From the NCBI RefSeq assembly GCF_009914755.1, contig NC_060942.1: DNA of 64,000 nucleotides; one strand, written 5' to 3'. Shown here one piece after another: positions 25,235 to 39,789 of the stretch (within the stretch, counting starts at the first letter, position 1; the number at the start of each line of letters is the position of its first letter). Made by a program: the position numbers and the translations under genes. A model generated the notes under the pieces. The model had not been told where the DNA came from and ran no database searches. It saw nothing but the letters and a program-made list of their open reading frames with translations. The stretch comes from the human T2T-CHM13v2.0 reference genome, Homo sapiens.

Positions 25235-26392
25235 CCGTTCAAGTCTCACACTAATCACCTGGCGTTAGCACAGATGCCACAGACCAAGGGCACAGTCCCC
25301 GTCAAGACAGCCCTCACTGGCCGGGTGCAGTGGCTCACGCCTGCAATCCCAGCACTTTGGAAGGCTGGAGCAGGAGGATTGCTTGAGCCCAGGCGTCTGA
25401 GACCAGCCTCGGCAACATAGTGAGACCCCATCTCTGAAAAAAAAATTGTTTTAATTACCCAAGCATGGTGGCACATATCTGTGGTCCCAGCTACTCAGGA
25501 GGCTGAGGTAAGAGGATCACTTGAGCATAGGTGTTCAAGACCAGCCTGCGCAACATAGCGAGACCCTATCTCTACAAAAAAAAAAATTAAAAAATTAGCT
25601 GGGTTTGGTGGCTCACACCTGTAGTCTCAGCAGCCCAGGAGGCTGCAGCAGGGGGATTGCCTGAGCCTAGGAGTTGGAAGCTGCAGTGACTATGATCTTG
25701 TCACTGCACTCCAGCCTGGGCAACAGAGCAGAGATCCTGTCAAAAAAAAAAAAAAGTCACCCCTTACTGCAGAATCAGTCTCAAGTTTGGGGGTCCCAAA
25801 GCTACCTGCACTTCTGACCAACTGGCCACAAATTCGGGGTTTGCATGACTCCTTCAGTTTCAATAATTCACTAGAATGACTCAAAGTGCTATACTTAGGA
25901 TTACAGTTTTATTATAAAGGATACGAGTCAGGACCAGCATATAAATAGATGCCCAGGATGAGGTCTGGAGGGTCCTGAATGCACAGCTGCCATGCCCTCT
26001 TCCCACAGCATCAGAGCACATTACCCTCCTGGCACACTGATGTGTTTACCAACACCCAGGGGGATCATCAGGTGTCTGGAGCTTTGAATGGGTTTCATTT
26101 GGTAGGTGTGACTGACTGAATCATTGACCATGTTATAGAACTCCATCTCTAGCATCCCTCTCCAGGGGTCAGGAGGTTGGGCCTGTATTAAGTGACTCAA
26201 AGCCCCAACTCTCTAATCACAGGACTGGCTTTTCCACAAGACTGGCCCTATCCTGAGTCACCTTGTTAGCATAAACTCTGCTGTGGTCCAAGGGCCCACC
26301 ATGAATAACAGATACTCTTATCACTAGGATTTAGACGCCATGTTCCCGGAACCTAAAACAAAAACTAGACACATTCTTTATTATACAACACA
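25235..26392 (-). mobile_element. MER77/MER21-group ERVL LTR split by an Alu
   Basis: cctgcacttctgaccaactggc...aataattcactagaatgactca...ttacagttttattataaaggatac...ttctttattatacaaca. Confidence 0.7.
25319..25755 (+). mobile_element. Trimeric AluJ-type element
   Basis: Three monomers with two A-rich linkers inside one TSD pair (aagacagccctcact 25304-25318 / aagtcaccccttact 25754-25768). Confidence 0.88.
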
Positions 26393-26424
26393 ATGACAAC
26401 AGTGGATATTCATTGTTGGTTTTC

Positions 26425-27385
26425 TAGATGTTAAACTCTGTGCTGAGCACTTTATATACATCTCATTTGATCCTCAGGAGATCCTGAGAACATGTGCCCA
26501 AGGTGGCCGGGTGTGGCCAACTGCTTGGTTTTACACATTTTAGGGAGGTATAAGATATCAATCAATATATGTAAGATGTACATTGGTTCAACCCAAAAAG
26601 GTGGGACAACTCAAAGTTGGGGGCATCCAGGTCTTAGGTAGATTCCTTATTTTCTTATTGGCAATTGGTTGAGTTTATCTAAAGACCTGTAATCAACAGA
26701 AGGGAGGGTCTGGGTTAAGAGAAGTGTTGTGGAAACCAAGGTTCTTGTTATGTAGATGAAGCCTCCAGGTAGCAGGCTTCAGAGGGAGTAGGTTGTAAAT
26801 GTTTATTGTCAGCCTTAAAAAGGTGCTGGACTCTTAGTGAATTCTCTCCTGGGTCAGGAAAAAGACTTAGAAAGGGAAAGAGATCCTCTACTGAATGTAG
26901 ATTTTCCCCAGAGACAGCTTTGCAAGGCCATTTCAAAATATGTCAAAGAAATGTATTTTGGGGTAAAATACTTTGATTTCTATCAGGGCCTACTATCTGT
27001 CATGTTGGTATCTTATTGCTACAAAGAGTCTGTTTTGGCAGTCTCAATGTCTCTGTTAATGTTAATGCTGTTGGTCAGCTATGCCTGAATTCCAAAGGGA
27101 AGAAGGTATAATGAGGAGTGTCTGACCCCCCTTCTCATCATGGCCTGTTTCAGGTTTACTTTAGAAAGCCTTTGGCCAAGAGGAGGGGTCCATTCATTTG
27201 GTTGGGGGGCACTTAGAATTTTACTTTTGGCTTGCAAATAATACTGTGTGTTGGACACATGATTATCCCCATTTTACAGGTGACAAAACTGAGGCACAGA
27301 GAAAGGAAATAACTTCCTTGAATTCTCACGGCTGCCACAGCTGGTTAGTGGCAGAGCAGAGATTTGAACTCATATCTGTAATGTG
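26425..27385 (-). mobile_element. MIR split by the MER4 LTR
   Basis: tgtgctgagcactttatatacatctcatttgatcctca | attatccccattttacaggtgacaaaactgaggcacagaga. Confidence 0.7.
26472..27236 (-). mobile_element. MER4-family (MER4A/E-like) LTR, 3' end missing
   Basis: cctcaggagatcctgagaacatgtgcccaaggtgg...ttggccaagaggaggggtccattca...ttagaattttacttttggcttgca. Confidence 0.88.
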
Positions 27386-28059
27386 TACTACCAAGTCCCT
27401 CCAGCCCCTCTAGAACCTACTGTAAAAAAGGAGAAACCAAGAAGATAGCCATTTTTGCTATAGAAGAACAACACAGATCTAACATGAGGACCCAGGCTTA
27501 CTTAGCATTCTTGGGGGACAAAACAATCTATGTCCTGCCCTAGAGTGAAAGTATTCAGCCTTTAGAGTCAGAGGGGCTGCTTTGAATACGGGCCTTTCTA
27601 ATTAGTTGAGTGGTGTTGGAGGGAGAAAAAAGTACTAAACTCTTTATAAAAATGTATAAAGATATGCAAAATCTTTATAAATGAAACAGAGATTCTGCTA
27701 ACATCTACTCACAAGTTTGGTCTGAGGAATAAAGGAGATAATTTATTTGAAAGTGAAAATCACTCTTCCCGTGTAAGGCTTTTTTGCCTCACTCAACCCG
27801 TCCCTGTCCTTTCACCATCAGAATGATCTGCTCTCCACCTGATCTACTGTCTATTTATTCCTTACATCTCACATGATACCCTTAAGCCTCTCTGATTGCC
27901 TTGGATCATATTTTTGTTCCTTAGCTTGATTGTTTTTATACCGTTCACATGGACCATTACTTCAGCTTCAGGAAACACCTGCTTTGCAAAGCATTTACTA
28001 AGCACCTGACGGTGCATGCCACTGCACAAGGAGCATGGCCAAGGGGCCATGAGGAGCTG

Positions 28060-28270
28060 CAGCAGTGTAGTGGGAAGGGCCTGGAGCCCGGCCTCTGCAG
28101 AACTGAGTTCTGGCCCCCGTTCTGCCTCTTCCTCGCATTGTTACCTTAGGAAATACACTTAACTCTCCTGCATCTCAGGCTATCATTTGTAAAATAGCTC
28201 AATAATTGTACCTGACCTGCCCAACCCCATGGGCGGTGGGAGAGTTGTATGGGAGACTATATGTGGAATT
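28060..28270 (+). mobile_element. MIR
   Basis: gcagtgtagtgggaagggcctggag...accttaggaaatacacttaactc...catttgtaaaat. Confidence 0.55.
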
Positions 28271-28691
28271 TTTTTGAAGCTAACTATATGAGTAGAGAAC
28301 TCTATGACTAGAGGGAATAATTATGTAAGACAGCATTGAAGCAGACATAGACTCCCACATACAGAGAAAAATAATTCTAGAACAACCCTATAGAAGGCGC
28401 AGACAGAAAAATAGCACAGGACGTGCAGGCAGATAAATGTGTTCAAACCACAGAGTCAGGTTCATTTTGGAAGGCAGTTGGCAGGGAGGTCTGGAGAAGA
28501 GGTGAGAGATTGTTTACAAACGTGACTGGGACTGGGAGCAGAAGCATACATAAAGCCAGTGGCAGTGTGGAAAAATCCAGTGCTAAAAAGGAGAAATGCC
28601 CATAAGTGGGTCTTGAAAATTACAATGTGATTCCCTAGGTGGCACCAACGCATTCCACAGTGACACTCAAGAAGCTCAACTCTTCTTGTCT

Positions 28692-28802
28692 ATGGGTTTT
28701 GCCACGTTGCCCAGGATGATCTTGAACTCCTGGGCTCAAGCGATCACCCTGCCTGGGACTCCCAAAGCACTGGGATTACAGGTATGAGCCACCTTGCTGG
28801 CC
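28692..28802 (-). mobile_element. FLAM/Alu left monomer without a visible tail
   Basis: Monomer flanked by AAGCTYAACTCTT at 28672-28684 and 28803-28815. Confidence 0.82.
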
Positions 28803-29044
28803 AAGCTTAACTCTTGTAATGAGTATGGTTATCTGTGGCCATAAGCAATGGAAAACACCTCCATGTAAGGTGGGTGGAAGGAAATCCAAAGCTGCTTGGT
28901 GACTTCATTCAGAGGAAGGCCACATGGGTTGCTTCAACTGCATAGAATCTCCAAACACTATTTTCTGACAGGATACAGAAGAAGTAAATTGAATATCTTT
29001 CTTTCTTTAAAAAAAGAAAGAAAGAGAGAGAGAGAAAGAAAAGA

Positions 29045-29627
29045 AAAATTGAGGGCTTTGAGGGCTTTTGGTGACAGCTTTGAAAATAAATAAAATGTAA
29101 AAGCTTTTAAAAAACTTTAAGCTTTGAGAGAGATACGACTGTGACCTGAGTCACATAGTATGTGCTTGCAATTTCTGTTTCTTAGATTATAGAGGAACTC
29201 TCTTCTTCATTGTTCTTGTTCTGTAAATGACTAAGAGAGAACAGAGACCAGACCTCCCCTGCTTCTAATCACTGTTCTTCATTATAGATTAACTGCCACC
29301 TTTATTATCTTGTACCCAACTCAGACCAAGTGGTGCAAAAGACCCCTGACTATTACATCTGCACTGTGGAATGTTAAATATACCTTTCCCAAAAAGAAAA
29401 AAAAATTACCTTGCCAAATCGGATTATTGTAACTATGCAATAAGCCTTACATAGAAAGATAGTGAAATTCTATTAAGCTTCCCTAAACTTTGACCATATA
29501 AATGATCCCAAACTTCTATACTTTGGAACACTCACTCCCATTCTTTGGAATCTGTGCTTCATGAGTGGCTGTCCTCAAACTCTGTACTCAAAACTAGATT
29601 CTGACCCTTTTGATTATTTTAGGTTAT
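29045..29627 (+). mobile_element. MER4-group ERV1 LTR (MER34/MER72-like; subfamily uncertain)
   Basis: tggaatgttaaatatacctttccc...tatataaatgatcccaaacttc...ctagattctgacccttttgattattttaggtt. Confidence 0.65.
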
Positions 29628-29689
29628 TTTTACTTATTTTATCTAAGTTGGTGCTAAAGTGCAAAATCTTACCTTGGCTACTTTTGTTT

Positions 29690-29950
29690 ATTCATTTAAC
29701 AAATGTTTGTTCAGTGCCTACTGTGTGTGTAATCTATGCCTTTGAGATACCCCAGTGAGCCGACAAAGATCCCTGCCCCTGTAGAGCAGGTGGATTCTCG
29801 CTGGGGAACATGGAAGAGGCAGAGAGACTGACTGCATGCAATAAACTAATCAACAAGGAAGTTAAAGAAGAAAGGAGACGTGATCAATGCTACTCAGAAA
29901 AGAAGAGGATCACCTGAAGGGAATTAGAAGTTCAGGGTGGGACAGTTGGA
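29690..29950 (-). mobile_element. L2 fragment
   Basis: ttcatttaacaaatgtttgttcagtgcctactgtgtg...aaagatccctgcccctgtagagc. Confidence 0.6.
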
Positions 29951-30728
29951 ATTTTCAATTCTGGAGTCATCTCGAGCACGATACTTAACCTCACTAGGCC
30001 TCCTTTCCTTTTCCATAATAGGAAATGAATACCCGCCTCAGGGCCACAGCCATAATGGGACAAAGTGCTCAGTACAGCACCTGATTCAGATGAACACCCA
30101 CAGAGTCACCACCGTCACTGTTACTCACCCGAGTTTTGTCCATTGGACCACTGTACACAGAGAAAAAGAAAGTTGGTAATTGTGTGGTTTACGGAGTTTA
30201 AACAACCTCTTCCACCAGAGCCACTGAGCCTAAATCTACTTTAACAAGGAGCAAAGGATATTTTGATCCACAGCAAGAGAAAAGGTTTTCAAAGCAAATA
30301 CCCTTGAGATAGAAAACAAAGATTCCACTCCAGTTCATTTACTTGCAACAACAGCGGTTGGAGGAGGGTAAAACCAGGCTGAGAAGAAGAAAGAGCACAG
30401 GAGGCCCCAGGGCAAGAGGAGGAGGTGAATCCCAGCAGGGGATGGAAAGATGGGAAGAAAAGGCCAAACCATTCGCTGGCTTTCTGACTTTATTTCCAAA
30501 TGCCCTGCCGGAGATGTGCTCATTAATGGTTTGTTTGAACAGGCCACGTCTACCCAATGGACCCAGACTAAAAGGAACAGGACAGAACTGAGGGAAACTC
30601 AGTTAAGGTCAAGTGCCTGCTTAGTCTCATGGACTGTACAGAGAGTAGGAGAAACAGCTTGCCTTGGAGACAGCCTAGGAGCAGAAATAATAAGGAACTA
30701 ATCATCCATGCTTCGTCGGCAGTAGTAG

Positions 30729-31130
<402 letters not shown>

Positions 31131-31500
31131 TAGCATTGATTTTTGTTCCAATAGCTACTTAGGCTCACTGTTAATGTGGCTTTTGTTGCTTTTTACTGGC
31201 TGTTTGCTTCTCATAAGTACCATAGAGGACTTTCTATGTGCTTGTATAATAAATCTTATAAATCCAGTCTAAAAAAATTATGTTTTTTATAGTTTGCCTT
31301 GGTAATTCCTAGGCCTGGGAGGGGGACCAGATATATCAGGTGCCCCATGAGAAACCTCTCCTGGGGCAGTACCAGGTACTAGGGAACATGATAAACAGAT
31401 GCAGACTCAAAGGGTAGCTTCCCTTGTCTGTACAGTAGCTTAATGATGAAGGTGGCTGAGTGGCAGTTCTACCTGGTTCCAGGAACCTCCTCAGCTAGAC

Positions 31501-31800
31501 TTGTTTTTGTTTCTGTTTTGAGACAGAGTCTCATTCTGTCGTCCAGACTGTAGTGCAGTGGTGTGATCTCAGCCCACTGCAACTACCATCTCCTGGGTTC
31601 AAACGATTCTCCTGCCTCAGCCTCCTGAGTAGCTGGGATTACAGGTGCCCACCAGCAAACCTGGCTAATTTTTGTATTTTTAGTAGAGACGGGGTTTCGC
31701 CATGTTGGTCAGGCTGGTCTCGAACTCCTGATCTCAAGTAATCCACTTACCTTGACTTCCCAAAGTGCTGGATTACAGGCATGAGCCACTGCGCCCGGCC
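31501..31800 (-). mobile_element. AluS
   Basis: Dimer; TSD TCAGCTAGA. Confidence 0.95.
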
Positions 31801-31933
31801 TCAGCTAGATCTTTAAGGCAACGGTTCCCCACCTTTTCAAGTATGAGATGCCATTGTAACATTAGAAAACTTCATAGGTCTCATTAACAGTGCCTGTATC
31901 ATTCATTTTAAAAATCCTTATTGTCAAGTGACA

Positions 31934-31999
31934 TTTTTTTTTTCTTTTGAGTCAGAGTCTCACTCTGTTGCCCAGGCCGGAGTGTACTGATGTGATCGA
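31934..31999 (-). mobile_element. Extremely 5'-truncated Alu (~50 nt plus tail)
   Basis: TSD CAAGTGACATTTT at 31925-31937 and 32000-32012. Confidence 0.85.
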
Positions 32000-33049
32000 C
32001 AAGTGACATTTTAAAATGAATGTTGTGTTTTACAGATGGCAACAGCGCCCTCACATGCTATGTACAATTCAGCCTACGGACGTACTTGGTGGCATTTCAG
32101 CGTGATGAGCCTTACAGGGGTTTTCAGACACAGACTTTACTAAGAACAACATGTGGATGGTTTTAAAAGAACTATTGGAATGAGCAGACTACAATTTTCC
32201 AACAGTTACTTTCAACACAAATCCATGTGGAAAGCTGAAATCATATGCATCTGTGGTTAGATTCTGGCCTTAACCCTGTGCTGACCTTGAGCTTCCCCGT
32301 AATTGTTGGGCTCTTTCTTTGCCTCCAGGCTGAACCATCTGCTGCTTTCTCCCACTACCAGGAACAAAGGGACCTAAGCTCCAATGTGCTCATCCTGGAA
32401 CACCCAGGCACTTTGCATTTCTCAAAGTTCAGTTCCCCAAGCGCAAGTTTTCTGCTCTGCTGGACAGAACGGCAGCATTTCAATCATTCTCAGGCTTGCT
32501 CTGCTCCTGTTCCTACTTGTCCAGGTCCATAAACCCAGGACTCACAGGAAGGGCCCTTCCCCTGGGAGCCGCGTTCAGAGGACAGTGCCTATGGCAGGAG
32601 GGAGTGGTCTATGAGCCCCTGGGGCTGGAAGATTCCCCTCCATTCTTCAGTGGCATTTCCCTTGGCACTTGTTTCCTGCTCTCACTACAGACACCTGAAC
32701 CCTGAAGCTTAACCCCACCTTGAAGCTAGGGCATGGTTACCTAACGTAGGCCTCCCTCCTGTGAAGGCAGGTCTGAGAGGCCATCTGCAGAGAGGCAGGG
32801 TTATTCCTGAGGGGTGGGGAGACCATTGCAGAGACTCCAGCTGCTGCCTGACAGTTTCTGAGATGCCTGCCAAGGAAAAAGGAGAATTCTGGTTAGAAGG
32901 GAGCTAAAAACTCTGGGGAAGTATTTCAATATCTAATTGAGAGAGAGGCTGAGATGGCAGCTAGGACCACTGTGGAGACAATCTCAGACAATCTCAAGGA
33001 GCTTCAACCAAAGCAACCAATGACAGGGGGAGTTCAGATTTCTCTCTTA

Positions 33050-33371
<322 letters not shown>

Positions 33372-34104
33372 GCTGCAAGGGGAAGGGGAAGAAGCAGATA
33401 CTGAGACTTCTCCCAACAAGAGGATAAGCCCCAAAGAAAGACATTTTCTTGAAGGCAAAGTTCAGCTCCTTCATCACGCATCTTTAGTGCTGTGAGCTTT
33501 TGTGCTGTTGGCCCTTAGGACCAAGGAGGCAACATGAGTCCAGATCCAGTAGAGCTACTAGTGATGGGCCTGAAGGGAGGGGAGTCTAGACCTGTCCTCC
33601 TTATTATTATAAAATTTTAGCCTAATCAGCTTCTGGGAAGCAGTCTAATTAAAAGTGGAAAGAAGCTGAAAGTGGCAGCTAGTCAGCTCCGTGTACAAAT
33701 CCCAACTCCATGTCTTCTTAGTTGTTGGACCAGCCCAGGCAAGCCCCTGAATCTCCTTATGTCTCAATTTCCTCATCTGTAAAAATACTAGTCACAGCAG
33801 ACCTCCTTTATAGGGTCGTTGTGGCCCAAGGGCTTGCAATAAATTTGGTATCTAATTTTGGAGTGATTTGGGGCTGCAGTTTAACAAGATTGATTCCAAA
33901 TGTAGCACAAAGTCGGCTCTCAATCAACATTAATGGAATGAATTACTCTCAATAATAAATACTTCAAGAGAGGTAGCTGGAAAAAAATGTTCATGACTGA
34001 TAAATTGTGTGCAGGGTGAGTTTTACAAGGGAATGCTGATACTTTATGAGTTGAGATGGCACTGAGTCTTAAATAGAGAAAACATTTCGGAAGAGAAATA
34101 AATA

Positions 34105-34729
<625 letters not shown>

Positions 34730-35184
34730 TATATGGTTCTGCAGAAGTGGCCTTGACATCAAGATACCTAAATTCTAATCCTGATTCTGCTATTAATTTG
34801 TTTTGTGGCATCAAACAAGCTGACTTCAGACTCACTGTTTTTTCATTTGAAAAGCGAAGTTAGGCCAGATTATATCCAAGGTTCATTTCTATTCAGACAG
34901 TGGATAATTCTGTAACAGTCTCTGGAACTTCTGCAAGAAATGCTACTTGTAAAGCAAGGCAAAAGTGGTTTTAAGGGGAAAAAAAAAGATCTACGTCTAT
35001 TACAATACATGCCTCATTTTTACCAGGATAAAAACCACTACAAACATCATCCTCATCATTACTATTTACCTACTGTTGACTGTGTGCTAGACTCCACACT
35101 AGAGCATGTTAGACATATGATCTCATTCAGTCCTCTCAACAATTCTCAGCATTTCACAAGATTCATTCTGAAAAGAAAAGATTT

Positions 35185-35500
<316 letters not shown>

Positions 35501-35635
35501 CTAAAAAAGGAATTGGATCATTATGGACTGCGTGACTTAAAGCTACCATTTATTAGTAGTCTTCTACGTGCCAGGTACTTTACATACTTTTTTCCTAATC
35601 TTCAAACAACTCTGCAAAGTAGGCAGTACAGGTCC

Positions 35636-36429
35636 TGTCTTAGCCTTCTATTGCTATGTAACAAATCATCACAAATCTGGTGGCTTAAAACAGGACCCGT
35701 TTATTATCTCACGGTTTCCATGGGTCAAGGAGTCCAGCATGGCTCAGCTGGGTCCCTTGCTCAGTGTCTCTTAAGGCTGAGACACCAGCAAGGTGTCAGC
35801 TGGGCTGTAATCTCATCTCATCTCATGTCACTGAAGTCTTCGTCCAAGCCCACTAGTGGCTGGCTCCAGAGATGGCTTGCCCCCGCTACAATGGCAGCCA
35901 ACGTTCCCGACGGGTATAGGACTGAGGTTCCTGCTTTCTTGCTGGTTGTCAGCTGGGGCTGCTCTAAGCTCCTAGAGGCTGCCTATCATTCTCTGCTGTG
36001 TGGTTTTCTCCACAGCAAGGCAGTTTGCTTCTTCAGTCCTAGTACTTTGGGGGGCTGAGGGAGAAGGGTCGTTTGAGTTCAGGAGTTTGAGAGCAGCCTG
36101 GGCAACATAGTGAGACCCCATCTCTAAATAAATAAATAAATAAGTGCCATCAGGAGAATATTCCTGACTCCCATTTGTCTGTGACTTCTGGACCCTCTTT
36201 CAAAGACTCACCTGACTAGGCCAGGTCCACCCAGGATAACCTCCCCTTCATTAACTCAGAACCAACTCATTGGATACTCTAATGGCAGAATCCCTTCACC
36301 TTGGCCATACAATGAAAGATAATCATGGCTGTGATGTCCCACCATATTCACAGGTCCCATCACCCTCACGGCAGGCGGTTATCCAGGGCGTGTATACCAG
36401 GTGAAAGGCCTAGGACTCTGTCCACCACA
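35636..36429 (-). mobile_element. MLT1E-like MaLR LTR containing an Alu left-arm fragment (~36034-36143, +)
   Basis: tattgctatgtaacaaatcatcacaaatctggtggcttaaaaca...aggccaggtccacccaggataac...ctgtccaccaca. Confidence 0.8.
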
Positions 36430-37289
36430 AGCCCTGCTTTATAAGTCATGAGTTACCTGTCTAAAGTCCCATGGGTGACAGATAGTGATACTGGACCTTC
36501 CCTCAAGCAAAGCGTCCTGAGCCCACCTTGGGGAGAAATAACCCTCTCTGGACAAGTCCAAGTTTATTCTTACACATCACAGCTCTGTTCTAACAGCAAA
36601 CTTCACAATCTTAAAATGAACCCTTTCTGAGGTCTTCTGGAGCACCTGCATTTCCTGAGTACTTTACTACATGTCAAATTCACTGCGGCTCAATCCAGAC
36701 CCAGATTCCCCTAGGAGTGCCCCCTCGGTGCACGTCAACCAACTCTGAGCCTGTGCCATCAATTACCCAGAAACCAGCTGACAAAAATGACTAATAACGG
36801 CATGCACACAAGGGAACAGTTCTCCTGACTCAATTCTATTTCCTCTCTCTCTGCCCCCACTCTGTCTTTGCCCAGGCATCACACCATTGCTCACAAAGCT
36901 TCGCCACCTGGACAGTTTCCCACTCAGCTTGTGATAATCCTTCTCTTGCCTGGCCTGGGCCTCACCCAGATTAAGCACTCAAGAAAAATCTTGGATTGAA
37001 CTCTTCTTGCTTGGTAATAAGCACATTTTAGACTACCTTTATCTTTTCCCCCAAAGTTTCAAGTGCTCGGGGTGCTTAACTGATGTTTGATGTGTGCAGA
37101 GCTGATGCATTTAGTCCCTCAGTTTCTCCCCAGGTGAGCCTGCAGAGAGAGTGTCTCTACTCATTGGCTCAGACACTTCCCTCTTTTCTCTACCCAGGTA
37201 GCAACATGCTGAGCTTTTCCTACTCTAGAGAGCACAGTGCAAGAAACTCCAGTCTGTCAGGCACCTACTAAATGTCATATCCGTATACG

Positions 37290-37430
37290 TGCAATGATCT
37301 ATCTATCACCTTTTATAGTTGTAGAATCTGAGGCTCAGAGAGATCAGATAGCTTGTCTGAGGTCATACTGCTGTTGGTATTGCAGCTAGGAGTTGAACTC
37401 AAGACTGTGTTTTGGCAAAGCTGTCCTCTT
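37290..37430 (-). mobile_element. MIR
   Basis: gaatctgaggctcagagagatcagatagcttgtctgaggtcatac...ttgaactcaag. Confidence 0.65.
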
Positions 37431-38249
37431 TCCATACTTACTGTTAAACGTTTTGTTGTGTTTTCTTAAACCAAGTATAGTCCCAACAACTTTGAACAGC
37501 GTTTGGTAGGTAAAAGCTTTAAGGGGATCTTTTAGGGTGTTAATGAGACTTCTTAACAGATATGCATTTCTCAAACGTGACAACGTAACATTCATATTAA
37601 ATGTAAAGCTTGGTATTTCTATAGAATTTTTCATACATTTCTGCATCTTAGTGCATGTATTTGCCTGAGATATATTAGTCTTTCAGGAAATATTTGAAGA
37701 CAGAAAGGCAGGATGAGAGGAGAGGAAGGCGGTGGGGATATGTGGGGTGCTGGTGGGCTGTGTGTGGGGTGGGGGATGCCTGCTACCAGGAGCCTGAGAG
37801 CTGCAGGGCCGACTCAGGATTGGTACATCGTCGCTGCTTTAGCGTGCTTCTATCGCCACCTAGCCACCTTGGGGAGAAATGCCCTCTCCGAGCAAGTCTG
37901 TCCAGACTTCCCCTGAATGTAGTTTGCCCACTTACAGGTGGGTACCTTTAGACCATGAGACTTGGATAGTCCTTCCCACAATGGAAGCCTGTGTGCCCTA
38001 CCTTTTTTTTAATTAGTGGCTTTCTTTAGCAGTTGATTCCAAGGCCTATTACATTTAAAGAGAAGTTTTTGAAAATTGGTACCACTAAGGATTGGCACCG
38101 TTAAGCCTTCTCAGCACAAAAGAAGGGGATTGTTACTCCTTTGAGAGCCCTTTCCTGTGGGAGTCCCTGATACTGCCATGGACCCTCCCTGTGCACATGT
38201 CCATATCCAGATCAAATGTGGTCTCCATGAAACTTGCGAAGCAACAGCT

Positions 38250-38440
38250 TCCATTTAATCCACACTTGCCGTGTGCTGGGGGCTTTATGAGTGTTTTCTC
38301 ATGTAATTCTCACAGCAATCTTCTGAGGTAGGTATGATTACCTCCACTACGTGGTTAAGGGCACCGAGGCACAGTGAGGTCCTGGAGCTGGTCCATGGCA
38401 AAGCTGGGATTTGAACCCAATTGGCCTCTTCCCCAGGCCT
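38250..38440 (-). mobile_element. MIR
   Basis: tctcatgtaattctcacagcaatcttctgaggtaggtatgatta...ggcaaagctgggatttgaaccca. Confidence 0.7.
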
Positions 38441-39052
38441 ATGACCCTCCTTTCATCCAGCATCCCTTGATTTCCCCAGCCAAAGTGTCATCTCCCTCCT
38501 CTTTGTTTCTGTCTCCTAATGCCATTTTCGACTCCTTCCTTCAGATTATATTTTCTGTTTCTCTAAACCACAGACTGCAACTCTACGAGGGGCATCGTCC
38601 TCTGCTGTGTTGTGTGTGCACACACAGATTCTCGCTTGAGGTGGTTACTCAATTCACTCATCCAGGTTGTGAAATTGCAACTGCTTCAATTTTTTGTTCT
38701 ATTTCAGTCGTTCTGAGTTGGTGTCTCCCAAGGTATATCTAAGGATCCCCAGTGTCAGAGAATAGCCCAGGGAATTGTAGTTATTTGCATTCAAATCTGC
38801 TCTTATAGGAGGAGGACTGTCAACTAATGGTGCTGTATATAACAAAGGCAGAAATGGGATTGACCACTGAGAGAGGAAGAGGGGAAGAGAGAGCTGCAGC
38901 CAGACTGGTGGCAGGACCACCTGGGAACAGTGTCTTGGTTCACATATTTTGGGGAAAGTGATCAGCAGGCAGGGAGCAAAGAGTTCTGTTGGCTCCATCC
39001 TGGAGCAGGCTGAGTAGAGGCATCAAGGAAAAAAATGTCCCTGGTTTGCTGA

Positions 39053-39461
<409 letters not shown>

Positions 39462-39789
39462 TAAGTGACAGGCTGCCCTGGGTTCTCCACCTTCAGCTAT
39501 GAGCACCATCCTGCATGAGGTTCCTCAGCAGGGGACTGAGCACTCGCAGGTCGCTGCCAGGACGTGCAGAGGAAAGCAAGACCATCGCGTCAGTGTGGGA
39601 AAAGTGAAGAGCGAGGCCCAGGACTCTGAGAGAAAGGAGTCCTGGCCCAGAGGTTGTGTGAGGAAAGCGTGGGATAAATGGGATGCCCGAAAGCAGAGTT
39701 TGGGGTGATTAGATAGGAAAATAAAGATTGGTGGGTGTAAAGAAAGGAAAGAAATAACAGGTGTAGACAGAAAAATTCACAATAAGAAT

